A DNA stretch of 64,000 nucleotides, from contig JACPKM010000001.1 in the NCBI GenBank assembly GCA_016187025.1, positions 384,055-448,054 of the forward strand, in the 5' to 3' direction. Origin of the DNA: Candidatus Daviesbacteria bacterium. GTDB taxonomy: Bacteria > Patescibacteriota > Microgenomatia > Daviesbacterales > UBA10151. Positions 54,775 to 64,000 of the stretch are shown here, in pieces (position 1 is the first letter of the stretch; each line of letters opens with the position of its first letter). The position numbers and the translations under genes are program-made. The notes under the pieces were generated by a model. The model searched no databases. It was not told the origin of the DNA and saw nothing but the letters and a program-made list of their open reading frames with translations.

Positions 54775-55938
54775 TTAGAGAATATGCCAATAGAGAGTGA
54801 CAATTCCATTTTCGTGGTCTATAATGACACCTTTGCCGACTGAGGAGCCGCCAGGCACATTGTAGTTACAAGGAGCAGATGTATTATAGGCAATTCCTTT
54901 TTCTGAGGCTAAAATTGCTCTTCCTACCCCTTCATATGATTTAGGTGCAATATCTAAGCCTGTATGAGCAGAGGGAAATCCAAATATTTTATAAACCTCA
55001 CCATATTCTGTTGTAATAGTAGTTTCACCAGGATAACCTCTAATTGGTGCTCCGAATCTTCCACTATCTAAGAGGCTGTGGGGGTTTGTTCTACTGCCAA
55101 CAATTTTTCCATTCTCAACTTTTGCGTTCTCGAAAACTTCAAAATGCAAATGTGGCCCAGTGGAACATCCAGTACTTCCCATGGCAGCAATGACGTCACC
55201 TTTGTTAACCGGTCCTATTTTTGCACCAACATTTGAAATAGCCTGGGATATAGAGCGGATCTCTGCTTCGATTTGTTGAATTAAGGATTGATATCTGACT
55301 TCATCATTTTTTGTAATTTTTAAGAGCTCATCTTTATCGCGCTTTTGCTGGTCAAGCTGGACTTGGTATTGATCAAGCTCCTTACTTAAAGCTTCTGCTT
55401 CTTTTTGTCTTGTTTCTTTATCCTCTTTTTGATCATTATATGCAGCTTTGGTTGCCTGGAGTTGATATAAAACTTTTTTATCATTTGCTTGAGCTATTTG
55501 GATATATCTGATTTTCTGAATCATCTCAGTTAAACCATTTGCAGAGAAAATAAGATCAATTGGAGTAACAGTACTGTATTTATAAGTTTCTACAATTCTT
55601 TTTAATAAAACCTCAGAAATAGCATCAACTGTTGATGATAACCTGCCTATTCTTCCTGATAATTCAGTAATCTCTCTTTTTAGCTTCTCGATGCGTAAAT
55701 CAGTTTCTTCAATTTTTAACTGGGTAACCTGTATCTGCCCATCAATGATTGTAAGTTGTGATTTTAGGGTTTTTTCCTGTTTTTGAGCATCAGAAAGGTG
55801 GACTTTTAGCTTTTCGATCTCTGCTTGTTTTTCTTGTAATTGTTGATTTAAGTCAGTGGCAGTTTGGGCAAAAGCGGGAAAATTTGAAAACAAATATACC
55901 AGCAATATAAAAAAGGTTAGGAAATACTTTCGCATCAT
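54775..55938 (-). CDS. M23-family peptidoglycan metalloendopeptidase with N-terminal coiled coil (EnvC-like)
   Basis: Long coiled coil (about 240 aa) followed by LytM/M23 motifs 'HTGLDIA' and 'GSTGCSTGPHLHFEVF'. Immediately downstream of ftsEX. Confidence 0.85.
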   Translation of the reverse strand: MMRKYFLTFFILLVYLFSNFPAFAQTATDLNQQLQEKQAEIEKLKVHLSDAQKQEKTLKSQLTIIDGQIQVTQLKIEETDLRIEKLKREITELSGRIGRLSSTVDAISEVLLKRIVETYKYSTVTPIDLIFSANGLTEMIQKIRYIQIAQANDKKVLYQLQATKAAYNDQKEDKETRQKEAEALSKELDQYQVQLDQQKRDKDELLKITKNDEVRYQSLIQQIEAEIRSISQAISNVGAKIGPVNKGDVIAAMGSTGCSTGPHLHFEVFENAKVENGKIVGSRTNPHSLLDSGRFGAPIRGYPGETTITTEYGEVYKIFGFPSAHTGLDIAPKSYEGVGRAILASEKGIAYNTSAPCNYNVPGGSSVGKGVIIDHENGIVTLYWHIL

Positions 55939-55946
55939 TTATAGGT

Positions 55947-56822
55947 TTATATACGAAGGTAGCGGCGGACCGCCCCCAATGATCCTAATCCGCCAATAAT
56001 TATTGCAATTATTACAGATGAGCCTAGTAGTGCAACCATAAATATAGGGGAAACAGGCAACAGCTTTACCTCGCCCATGTAATTGTTTAAAAGCGGGGTG
56101 AAATACCACAAGAGTGCATAAACAAAGACCCAAGATAAAAATGCACCAAAAAGACCATAAGATATTCCTTCCAGAATAAAGGGTGTTCTAATGAAAGAAG
56201 GGGAAGCTCCTACAAGTCGCATAATTTCTATTTCATTTCTTCTGGTGCGGATCTTAAAGCCAGTAATCAAAACTATTACCAAAGTTGCAAAAATTATCAG
56301 AAATACAACCGTGGCACCACCTACAACCCTTATGACTGTAGTTGCTGAATTTAATGTTGCCACTACATCTTCGGGGACTATCACCTCAGAAACAACAGGC
56401 TCTCTTTTTAATATCTCAGCAATTGGTGCAAGTTCATCAGGATCGGTAGTGGAAACCTCAAGAGATGCAGGTAGAATATTTGCAGTGACAAGCTCCAGAA
56501 GGGTTGGATCGTTTTTATTTCTTTCCCGATAAATTTCTAAAGCTTCTTCTTTGGAAATAAACTTGACACTCATTACTCTGGCATCTTGGGATAAAGCGTT
56601 TTGGATGGCAGTTACATCCTGGGCTGTAGTTCCATCTTTGAAAAAAGAAATTACCTGTGGCTTGCTTTCATAATATCTTAAGACAGCCTGAGATCCTGCA
56701 GCCAAAATCAAAAATATGAGCAGTGCAAAAAAAGTGAAAAACATGATCATTGATGCAGCAAGTGCCTGGAAAGGAGTTCTTCGGATATTTCTTTTGGTAA
56801 ATTTTATATAAGTATTAAGCAT
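55947..56822 (-). CDS. ftsX: Cell-division ABC transporter permease-like protein FtsX
   Basis: 1 TM, a periplasmic domain and 3 TM topology. Follows ftsE with a 1-nt gap. Confidence 0.8.
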   Translation of the reverse strand: MLNTYIKFTKRNIRRTPFQALAASMIMFFTFFALLIFLILAAGSQAVLRYYESKPQVISFFKDGTTAQDVTAIQNALSQDARVMSVKFISKEEALEIYRERNKNDPTLLELVTANILPASLEVSTTDPDELAPIAEILKREPVVSEVIVPEDVVATLNSATTVIRVVGGATVVFLIIFATLVIVLITGFKIRTRRNEIEIMRLVGASPSFIRTPFILEGISYGLFGAFLSWVFVYALLWYFTPLLNNYMGEVKLLPVSPIFMVALLGSSVIIAIIIGGLGSLGAVRRYLRI

Positions 56823-56823
56823 T

Positions 56824-57504
56824 TTATATATCGTATTTCCCTTCTTTAGTATCTTTTGTTATTTTACCTTTTTTAAGCACAATGACTCGGCGTTTTAGAG
56901 TGTTAACAATTTCTGCGTTATGAGTGGCCATAAGAACTGTTGTGCCCCATGAATTGATTTCATTAAGAAGTTGTATTACTCCCCAAGCTGTTTGAGGATC
57001 CAGGTCACCAGTTGGTTCATCGGCCAGTAATACTTCTGGTTTTCCTACAATCGCTCTGGCAATGGCTGTTCTTTGGGCTTCTCCACCAGACAGTTGACGG
57101 GGGAAGAGGTTGCGCCTATCCCAAATCTCCACCAACTTAAGTGTTCTTTCAACCTCTTTGGTTATTTCCTCTGATGTTTTTCCTAATACTTCCAATGTTA
57201 AAGCTACGTTTTCGAAAACAGTTAAGTCATCCAGTAATTTAAAATCTTGGAAGACCATGCCGACATTTCTCCTTAAATGAGGAACCTCAGACGTTTTTAT
57301 TTTGATAATGTCTTTATGGTTGACTAATACTTTTCCTGAAGAAGGGGAAACCTCTTTTGTAAGGATTCTCAGAAGGGTTGATTTTCCTGCACCTGAAGAG
57401 CCAACTAGAAATACAAATTCACCCTGTTTAATCTCAACTGAGATGTCATCTAGGGCAGTTGTGCTTGATCCGAATTTCTTAGTGACATTTTCAAATACAA
57501 TCAT
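56824..57504 (-). CDS. ftsE: Cell-division ATP-binding protein FtsE
   Basis: Walker A 'GSSGAGKST', signature 'LSGGEAQR', Walker B 'LLADEPTGDLD'. 226 aa. Confidence 0.9.
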   Translation of the reverse strand: MIVFENVTKKFGSSTTALDDISVEIKQGEFVFLVGSSGAGKSTLLRILTKEVSPSSGKVLVNHKDIIKIKTSEVPHLRRNVGMVFQDFKLLDDLTVFENVALTLEVLGKTSEEITKEVERTLKLVEIWDRRNLFPRQLSGGEAQRTAIARAIVGKPEVLLADEPTGDLDPQTAWGVIQLLNEINSWGTTVLMATHNAEIVNTLKRRVIVLKKGKITKDTKEGKYDI

Positions 57505-57579
57505 AGTTCAGCTATCTAAAATATATAGTTTCAAGCAGGATTTAAATGTCTGATAGCTGAGAAAGCTAGATACTGTCTA

Positions 57580-58041
57580 CTAGTTTAGTTCTTCAACGCG
57601 GCCTACATCCATCAACCAACCTGCCTTGATAGCTTTTTGTGTTTCCCCAAAAACTTTAACTTTTTTGTTTTCATATTGGGATAAATCTACAACAGATGAT
57701 GTTAAGGTTACAGGTAATGCGCCTTCCCTTTCTAGTAGATGTGTGCCTTCAGAGTATTCTTGGTTGTTTTTTGGTTCTGGCTTTTTCTTAATTGTTCCTT
57801 CTGCAAAATCTCTAAAGGTTTTTTTGTCTTGTTCTGGGTTTTTGGGAGTTTTGGCAATGCTATCAGCTAAATTACCATTTGAAGGTGATTTTGTGGCCAA
57901 AACATAGCCGGTGGAAACTCCCAGAAGAATACTAATTCCTATGGCAGCAATCAAGATCTTATTTAGGTTAGAAGTTGCCATAAAAGGCTTTATTAATTTG
58001 CTTTTTTCTTTTTTTTCAGAAGAGACAGGAGTTTCGTCCAT
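57580..58041 (-). CDS. Hypothetical membrane-anchored protein
   Basis: 153 aa, a single N-terminal TM followed by a hydrophilic domain. No motif recognised. Confidence 0.4.
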   Translation of the reverse strand: MDETPVSSEKKEKSKLIKPFMATSNLNKILIAAIGISILLGVSTGYVLATKSPSNGNLADSIAKTPKNPEQDKKTFRDFAEGTIKKKPEPKNNQEYSEGTHLLEREGALPVTLTSSVVDLSQYENKKVKVFGETQKAIKAGWLMDVGRVEELN

Positions 58042-58084
58042 AAAATTATAATATCAGTAACTACTAGGATTTGTCCAGTAGAAA

Positions 58085-59155
58085 TTAAAGTTGTCTTACT
58101 TCAGACTCCAAAAACTCATCCAATTCTCCGTCTAATACAGACTCTGTATCAGAGGTTTCTGTTTGAGTCCTTAGATCTTTTATCAAATGATATGGATGCA
58201 GTACATATGATCTAATTTGGGTTCCCCATGAAGCTTGCGTTACTCCTCCTTTTAACTTACTCATAGTCTGCTTGTTTTCCTCTTGTTGTTTGTCCCATAA
58301 CTTGGCCCTTAACAGCTTGAAGGCATTTTCTCTGTTTTGTAGCTGTGACCTTTCTGTCTGGGCAGTCACCACAATGCCTGTAGGCAGATGTTTAAGTCTG
58401 ACAGCAGTATTTACTTTATTTACATTTTGTCCTCCTGCTCCACCTGATCTAAAGGCTTCAAACTCAATGTCCTCCTCACTTATTTTTACTTCCTCAGGAT
58501 TATCTATTACTGGTAAGATTTCCACCAGAGCAAAGGAGGTTTGCCTCAGATTGTCGGCATTGAAAGGGGATTGTCTGACTAACCTATGTGTACCTCTCTC
58601 CCCCTTTAAGTAACCATAAGAGTAAGGCTCATGGATAATCATTGAAACAGTTTTAATGCCTGCTTCCTCGCCTAAATCTTGATCAGTGATTTCATACTCC
58701 CAACCCTTTTTTTCAAAATATCTTTGATACATTCTTACAAGCATTGCTGCCCAGTCCATAGCCTCCACTCCACCTGTTCCCGAGTGCACTGAAAGGATTG
58801 CTTCTGATTCATCATGGGGATCTGATAAAAATAATTTAAGTTCAAAACCATCTAAGGTTTTAGTAATTTCTCTGATCTCTGTTTTTAGGTCCTCTTGCAT
58901 ACTTTCTTCATCTGAGATTTCTATTGCATTTTTTAATCTTTGTTCTAGATTTTGTAGTGTAGATAATTGTTTTTGTTTTAAGGAAAGTTGTTTTGCGACT
59001 CTTTTGGCATTTTCTTGATCGGACCAAAAACCCTCCTTTAAAGTTTGGGCCTCCAGCTCCCTGATCTCTCCACGCAGTTTTTCCCGATCAAGCTGATCAG
59101 ATATTTTTTGAAACCTGTCTTTTAAATCTTTTAGTTTGGATTGGATCTCTTCCAC
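58085..59155 (-). CDS. prfB: Peptide chain release factor 2, uninterrupted (no programmed +1 frameshift)
   Basis: 'SPF' tripeptide anticodon motif (VRQSPFNAD) and GGQ motif ([12 protein letters not shown]). GTG start at 59153-59155. Full-length N-terminus in a single frame. Confidence 0.9.
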   Translation of the reverse strand: MEEIQSKLKDLKDRFQKISDQLDREKLRGEIRELEAQTLKEGFWSDQENAKRVAKQLSLKQKQLSTLQNLEQRLKNAIEISDEESMQEDLKTEIREITKTLDGFELKLFLSDPHDESEAILSVHSGTGGVEAMDWAAMLVRMYQRYFEKKGWEYEITDQDLGEEAGIKTVSMIIHEPYSYGYLKGERGTHRLVRQSPFNADNLRQTSFALVEILPVIDNPEEVKISEEDIEFEAFRSGGAGGQNVNKVNTAVRLKHLPTGIVVTAQTERSQLQNRENAFKLLRAKLWDKQQEENKQTMSKLKGGVTQASWGTQIRSYVLHPYHLIKDLRTQTETSDTESVLDGELDEFLESEVRQL

Positions 59156-59220
59156 GAAAGAAATTATATCCTATTCGTCGTTGCGAAGCCACGAAAAGAC
59201 TGTGACAATCTTTTCAATCA

Positions 59221-59745
59221 TCAGACTAATTGCTCCCTTTCTGCAGATTTTAATATTCTATCTATCAAGCTTTGATTTTGACTGATCTTATCTAATCTCT
59301 CCTTTACATCCAGGCTTTGTTCAGCAACTGCCAGTCTACCCCCTGTATCATCCACCAAACAGCCAAACGATTTTTCTAAAAACCGGGCCATTTGGGGGTC
59401 TACACCGGTTAATCCCACTCCACCAACTAAATATCTTGGGAAGTTGTCAGAGCCGGGATCGTTAAAATGAGCAAAAAAATCGTTAAGCCCTCTTATAAAT
59501 TTGGCTAGGGTAGTATATTTTCTACTTTTTAAAGGAGCTGGACCAAAGGGATAAAAATCTACAGTTCCAATCATCATACCTCGAATGATTCTGAGCCATT
59601 GTTTAGTAGTGCGACTACGTAAAACCATACTAAGATCATTTCTTTGTACGTCGATGATCAAGCCATTAGAGCTAAATCTAATTAATCCGAAAGGACCTTG
59701 TTCTACCCGAGGTTGATCAAATATAGGAGATTCTCTATTTTCCAC
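59221..59745 (-). CDS. Hypothetical soluble protein
   Basis: 174 aa, no recognised motif. Co-directional with and downstream of the MacAB-like genes. Confidence 0.4.
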   Translation of the reverse strand: MENRESPIFDQPRVEQGPFGLIRFSSNGLIIDVQRNDLSMVLRSRTTKQWLRIIRGMMIGTVDFYPFGPAPLKSRKYTTLAKFIRGLNDFFAHFNDPGSDNFPRYLVGGVGLTGVDPQMARFLEKSFGCLVDDTGGRLAVAEQSLDVKERLDKISQNQSLIDRILKSAEREQLV

Positions 59746-59788
59746 CCCACAATCTTACCATACAGATCAAAAAGGTAAGCAATTCCGA

Positions 59789-60979
59789 TTATTCATACCT
59801 CAAAGCTTGGATAGGATCTAGTTTAGCGGCACGGATGGCTGGGGCTACACCAAAGATTACTCCAACTAACATGGAAAAGCCAAAAGATAATGCAATAGAC
59901 CACCAGGTGATGGCAGTTGTAAAAAACCTGCCGATAACAAGGGATAATACTATCCCCAAGACTATACCGATAATCCCGCCCAGTCCTGATAAGGTTAGTG
60001 CTTCGATTAAAAACTGATTTCTGATATCTCTCTGTTTTGCTCCTAAAGCTTTTCTTAAACCGATCTCTCTGGTCCTTTCTGTTACAGATACCAGCATGAT
60101 ATTCATTATCCCGATCCCTCCAACGATCAAAGAGATAGCAGCAATCCCTCCTAAGGCGATAGTTAGTACTGATGTGATCTGCGAGATAGTCTGCAAAGTC
60201 TGTTCCTGGGTTAAGATGCTAAAATCATCTTCTGAAAGCCTTTTACCAAGTAAAGCAGTAGCTCTATTTTGGATATCTTTGACCCCTTCTGCTTTAAAGG
60301 CAGATATATAAATAGTATTTAACCTGTCCAATCCAAACTGGCGGGTGGCAGCAGGTAGGGGGATTAAAATAGTGTTATCCATATCAACACCAAAAGTTGA
60401 ACCCCTTGGCCCTACCTCGCCAATTACTGAGTATTTCACCCCTGCCACATCAACGGATTTTCCCAAAGGGCTCCCTCCGGCAAATAAATTACTTTTGACC
60501 GTTGCTCCAATGATCGCTACTCTTTTACCACCTTGAGCTTCGGATTCATTAAAAAATCTCCCGCTGATTATCTTAATAGAGATCAGTTTAGGATAGTTTG
60601 CCTGCACACCGAAAACAGCTGCGCCCTTGTCGTTTTTGGCACTGTATTTTAATGTCGCTGTCTTTTGTACAACCGCAGAGACATCGGCTGAACCTTTGAG
60701 TTTGTTGGTAAGATTTATCGCATCCTGCATTACTAGTCTGTTTGCCTGGATTCCGCCAGGGCTTCTGGATCCACCCACCCTTCCAGGAATTACAAACATT
60801 AAATTAGAGCCAAGTCCCTGAATCTGGTCTGTGATGTAACTTTTAAGTCCAGATACAAGAGAGGTTAAAAGTATTACCGAGGTTACACCAATCACAATAC
60901 CTAAAATCGTTAAAAAAGATCTTAACCTATTGGAAACAATTGATTTTAAGGATGCTGCGACAACCTCTGTAAAATTCAT
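59789..60979 (-). CDS. ABC transporter permease, MacB/FtsX-like (4 TM with large periplasmic domain)
   Basis: N-terminal TM, about 200-aa periplasmic domain, C-terminal FtsX-like 3-TM bundle (…ALGAKQRDIRNQFLIEAL…). Overlaps the upstream ATPase gene by 4 nt. Confidence 0.85.
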   Translation of the reverse strand: MNFTEVVAASLKSIVSNRLRSFLTILGIVIGVTSVILLTSLVSGLKSYITDQIQGLGSNLMFVIPGRVGGSRSPGGIQANRLVMQDAINLTNKLKGSADVSAVVQKTATLKYSAKNDKGAAVFGVQANYPKLISIKIISGRFFNESEAQGGKRVAIIGATVKSNLFAGGSPLGKSVDVAGVKYSVIGEVGPRGSTFGVDMDNTILIPLPAATRQFGLDRLNTIYISAFKAEGVKDIQNRATALLGKRLSEDDFSILTQEQTLQTISQITSVLTIALGGIAAISLIVGGIGIMNIMLVSVTERTREIGLRKALGAKQRDIRNQFLIEALTLSGLGGIIGIVLGIVLSLVIGRFFTTAITWWSIALSFGFSMLVGVIFGVAPAIRAAKLDPIQALRYE

Positions 60980-61650
60980 TTTACAATCTCCCCGTCTTTT
61001 AGCTTGATAATCCTTTTGGCATGGGTAGCAATCTCCGGTTCATGGGTGATTATGATAATGGTGTGTCCTTTGCTATTTAATCTTTGAAAGATGCGAACGA
61101 TCTCCGTACCTGATTTTGAATCTAGGTTTCCGGTCGGTTCATCTGCCAAGATCACTTCGGGGTTATTAACCAGAGCCCGGGCTATGGCCACCCTCTGCTG
61201 TTGCCCGCCTGATAATTGATTTGGGTGAGATCCAACCTTTTCTCCCAAACCTACCTGTTCCAGAGCGCCTTTTGCCTTTATATCCCTATCTTTTTTTGAA
61301 ATGCCGGCATAAATTAAAGGTAAAGACACATTTTCTACGGCTGAGGTTCTTGGTAGTAGATTAAAGTTTTGGAACACAAAGCCGATTTTTTTATTTCTGA
61401 TATTAGCAAGGGTATCTTGGCCTAAGCGAGCTACACTTAAACCATCCAGCTCATAACTACCTGAAGTGGGTTTATCAAGCAACCCTAAAATATTCATCAG
61501 TGTAGATTTGCCTGAACCGGAAGCGCCGATGATAGCTACAAATTCCCCCTTATTAATCTGAAGGTTTATATCTTTTAAGGCTTGGAATGAAATGTTTTCA
61601 CTCTGGTATATTTTGCTTACGTGTGAAAGTTTAATAATGCTATTTTTCAC
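60976..61650 (-). CDS. ABC transporter ATP-binding protein (MacB/LolD-type)
   Basis: Walker A 'GASGSGKST', signature 'LSGGQQQR', Walker B '[11 protein letters not shown]'. Confidence 0.9.
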   Translation of the reverse strand: MKNSIIKLSHVSKIYQSENISFQALKDINLQINKGEFVAIIGASGSGKSTLMNILGLLDKPTSGSYELDGLSVARLGQDTLANIRNKKIGFVFQNFNLLPRTSAVENVSLPLIYAGISKKDRDIKAKGALEQVGLGEKVGSHPNQLSGGQQQRVAIARALVNNPEVILADEPTGNLDSKSGTEIVRIFQRLNSKGHTIIIITHEPEIATHAKRIIKLKDGEIVK

Positions 61651-62762
61651 TAGCTCCCACCTCGAAAAAATCTAAAAATTGTTCCGGCTCCTCTCTGATT
61701 TGAACGTTTAGAAATTTCTGTGGGATTTAAAGCTACCTGATCCCCTTCCTTTAAGCCTTGTTTTATCTCTACATCAGTGTCAGAGGCAACGCCTGTTACC
61801 ACTTTTTCTACCCTAATCCCTTTTTCTGTTTTGACTAAAACAGTGTGATCCTCTCCCAATGCTTCTTGAGGAATTGTTAACGTGTTTTGGGATTCTGCAG
61901 TGATAATAGAAACTTGTCCTGACAACCCGGAAACAAAGTGAATTACCGGCTTGCCAATATTAACCCTAACTATTACAACAGTTGCCCCGGAAGAAGTAGT
62001 CTTTGTTGTGGGTCGGATCTCCTTTACCACCCCTTGGATTTCTTGATCAGGATATGCATCTAAGGTAAAGTTGGCTTTTTGGCCAATAGAGATTTTGCCG
62101 ATATCTGCCTCATCAATATCTGTATCTGCAAAATAGGTGGAATCATCTATTAGTTCTGCCACCATGTCTGTTGTAGTTACAACTTGCCCGGGGGTAAAAT
62201 CCGCTTTGGTGATAAGTCCGGAAAAGGGGGCGGTAATCACTGCATCCTGAAATGCTCTTTGAGCTGCCTTAACAGAATCGTAGGCAGAATCCCGAGCGGC
62301 TTGAGCTGTTGTCCTGGTTTGTTTTTGTGTAAAAGTTTCGTCTGAGGTATGATCTTTAACATCGTCTTCTATCTTTTGGGCGGTTGCTTGTTTGTCACGA
62401 AAGGTATTTAGCGCCTGTTGCAATGTGATATTCAAATCCTGGGTATCTAAACCAGCAATAGTTTGGCCTGTAGTTACTACATCACCTGGGGAAATGTTCA
62501 GAAAGGCTAATTTACCTGAGGATCTAAAGTGTAAGCTTGCAGTTTGTTTGCCCGCCAAATTACCTGATGCAGAGACTGTGGAGTTAATAGTTTGTTTTTT
62601 GATAGTGGTAAATTCAACCTTAGGCCTTTGGTTGTTTCTGGGTATTAATAATAAAGAGGCTATAAGTAAAACTAACACCCCAGAAACTAGGTACCCTCTT
62701 TTCATATGTTTTAAGAATTGCAACGATTTCATGGGGTTCATTTGCAACACATTATATACCAA
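61650..62762 (-). CDS. Periplasmic adaptor subunit (HlyD/MacA-like membrane fusion protein)
   Basis: N-terminal TM, coiled-coil hairpin, beta-barrel and lipoyl-like motifs (…GQTIAGLDTQDL…, …QVALNPTE…). Stop overlaps the ATPase start. Confidence 0.8.
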   Translation of the reverse strand: MVYNVLQMNPMKSLQFLKHMKRGYLVSGVLVLLIASLLLIPRNNQRPKVEFTTIKKQTINSTVSASGNLAGKQTASLHFRSSGKLAFLNISPGDVVTTGQTIAGLDTQDLNITLQQALNTFRDKQATAQKIEDDVKDHTSDETFTQKQTRTTAQAARDSAYDSVKAAQRAFQDAVITAPFSGLITKADFTPGQVVTTTDMVAELIDDSTYFADTDIDEADIGKISIGQKANFTLDAYPDQEIQGVVKEIRPTTKTTSSGATVVIVRVNIGKPVIHFVSGLSGQVSIITAESQNTLTIPQEALGEDHTVLVKTEKGIRVEKVVTGVASDTDVEIKQGLKEGDQVALNPTEISKRSNQRGAGTIFRFFRGGS

Positions 62763-62802
62763 AAGATTTATAATTTTGCCTGATTAGTGATAAGATTGTC
62801 TA

Positions 62803-63105
62803 ATGAGGATTTATATCAGTACAAGTGATAGGAAAAAAGTAGAAGTAGCATTGATTTCCGGTAAGGATAGGATAGATGTTCTTTCTGAGGAAAATGAATT
62901 TGGATCACAAGTTTTGCTGCCCCTAATCGAAAAGATAATGAGGAGAAATAATCTTGGGTATGAAGCGTTAGAAGCAGTTGATTTAGATACGGGGTTTGGA
63001 TCTTTTACAGGTTTAAGGGTCGGTGCATCTGTTGCGAATGCTTTAGGGTTTGGTTTGAAGATTCCAGTAAATGGAAAAAAGGTCGAGACGGATCTTAAAT
63101 ACTAG
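62803..63105 (+). CDS. tsaB: TsaB-like protein, truncated (N-terminal ASKHA half only, 100 aa)
   Basis: 'LDTGFGSFTGLRVGASVANALGF' matches the TsaB/TsaD glycine-rich motif. Lacks the usual C-terminal half (typical TsaB is about 200-230 aa). Confidence 0.55.
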   Translation: MRIYISTSDRKKVEVALISGKDRIDVLSEENEFGSQVLLPLIEKIMRRNNLGYEALEAVDLDTGFGSFTGLRVGASVANALGFGLKIPVNGKKVETDLKY

Positions 63106-63120
63106 TGCTATACTAAATTT

Positions 63121-63999
63121 GTGAAGCTGGCAAATTTTTTTATCCCTCATAAAGACACGCACAAAAAAGCGCACTTAATTTCGTGGGAAGCCCTTTTTTT
63201 CTACGTCTTCATCTTTATCCTTCTTCAGGTAGGGTTTTCAGTGTTAGGGTATGTAAAACCAGGTATTTTAGGAATTGAATCCAGTATTAATCAGCAAAAA
63301 ATAATAGAACTGACAAATAGCGAGCGGGCAAAAAAAGGAATGCCGCCTGTAAAAGAAAACAGCGCTCTTGACCAGGCTGCAAAATTAAAAGCTGAGAATA
63401 TGTTTTCAGAAAACTATTGGGCTCATTTTGCCCCATCAGGAAAAACTCCTTGGGATTTTATTATAGGTAGTGGCTATAAGTTTACTTTTGCTGGTGAGAA
63501 TTTGGCCAAAAATTTTTATACCTCTGATGATGTAGTGGTAGCTTGGATGAATTCTTCTACCCATAGGGACAATTTACTAAATTCAAAGTATGAGGACATT
63601 GGAATTGCTGTTGTGGAGGGTGTATTAAATGGGCAAAAAACCACTTTAATAGTTCAAATGTTTGGTACTACCAACGTTGTTTCTCCAACAGCTGTTGTAA
63701 ATGTAGGCAATGGAGATAAGATCAGTGTTAAAGCAGAGGAGTTTTCATCAAAACCTCAACTGGTTGCCTCAGCTCAATCTCCCAAAATCATCCCGCAAGT
63801 GCTAATAGATCCTTATCAGGTTAGTAAAGGTTTGGGACTGGGGCTTTTAGCAGTGATTGGCACGCTTTTGACAATAGATCTTATAATTTTGAGGAAAAGA
63901 GGTGTATTTAGACTAGCGTCTCATCATGTTGCCCATATGGCTTTAATGTCTGTCACTGCCGCTACCATTTTAAGTGGGCATATTGGTGAAATTCTATGA
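63121..63999 (+). CDS. CAP/SCP (PR-1-like, YkwD-type) domain protein, C-terminally truncated by the window end
   Basis: N-terminal TM. CAP-domain motifs 'LTNSERAKKGMPPV', 'NYWAHF', 'GENLAKN' and 'HRDNLLNSKYEDIGIAV'. ORF still open at 63999. Confidence 0.7.
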   Translation: MKLANFFIPHKDTHKKAHLISWEALFFYVFIFILLQVGFSVLGYVKPGILGIESSINQQKIIELTNSERAKKGMPPVKENSALDQAAKLKAENMFSENYWAHFAPSGKTPWDFIIGSGYKFTFAGENLAKNFYTSDDVVVAWMNSSTHRDNLLNSKYEDIGIAVVEGVLNGQKTTLIVQMFGTTNVVSPTAVVNVGNGDKISVKAEEFSSKPQLVASAQSPKIIPQVLIDPYQVSKGLGLGLLAVIGTLLTIDLIILRKRGVFRLASHHVAHMALMSVTAATILSGHIGEIL

Positions 64000-64000
64000 T

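Noticed and set aside
58085-59220. Possible programmed +1 frameshift in prfB
   Set aside because: The whole RF2 N-terminus is in one frame from a GTG start. No upstream short ORF and no CUU-UGA site are present.
1-64000. CRISPR arrays, IS elements or transposases, integrases, rRNA genes
   Set aside because: No direct-repeat/spacer periodicity, no transposase- or integrase-like ORFs and no rRNA-like sequence found on reading. The only mobile element is the nrdJ intein.

Overview
The window is gene-dense and AT-rich (roughly mid-30s % GC), with small K-rich proteins and several paralogous GT-C (ArnT/PMT-like) membrane glycosyltransferases. By inference it looks like an uncultivated, reduced-genome bacterium, possibly CPR/Patescibacteria-like; no rRNA or marker gene in the window confirms that. 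Recognisable content, in order: a pentose-phosphate cluster (rpiB, rpe, a LOG-family gene, split transketolase); a copper-homeostasis operon (csoR with its operator, a cupredoxin-like protein, copA, a membrane/cupredoxin-like fusion, copZ); cell-wall enzymes (L,D-transpeptidase, D-Ala-D-Ala carboxypeptidase); a ~986-aa secreted lipase-like alpha/beta-hydrolase; cyclophilin; nrdR plus a class II B12-dependent ribonucleotide reductase carrying a 458-aa LAGLIDADG intein, with a corrinoid adenosyltransferase close by; Lon; a K+-independent membrane H+-pyrophosphatase; a two-component system with DoxX and VanW-like genes; tRNA-Glu(CUC); greA; lysS; serS; secA; the tsaE and ftsE-ftsX-EnvC-like module; prfB without a frameshift; a MacAB-like tripartite exporter; a short TsaB-like gene; and a CAP-domain protein cut off at the window end. 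The best candidates for a poorly described system are (i) a translationally coupled pair encoding an acidic-ectodomain 7TM membrane protein and a RimK-like ATP-grasp fused to a C-terminal retropepsin-like (DTGA) aspartyl-protease domain, (ii) a tandem pair of divergent zincin-like proteins (HExxH and HExxxH, each followed by a QEGLA-like motif) after greA, and (iii) compositionally atypical, R-rich, higher-GC ORFs (an orphan 369-aa ORF at 19723-20832 and a GC-rich ORF with a weak Nudix-like motif), plus an anomalous GC-rich hairpin-forming segment inside the first membrane-protein gene. No CRISPR array, transposase or rRNA gene was seen.
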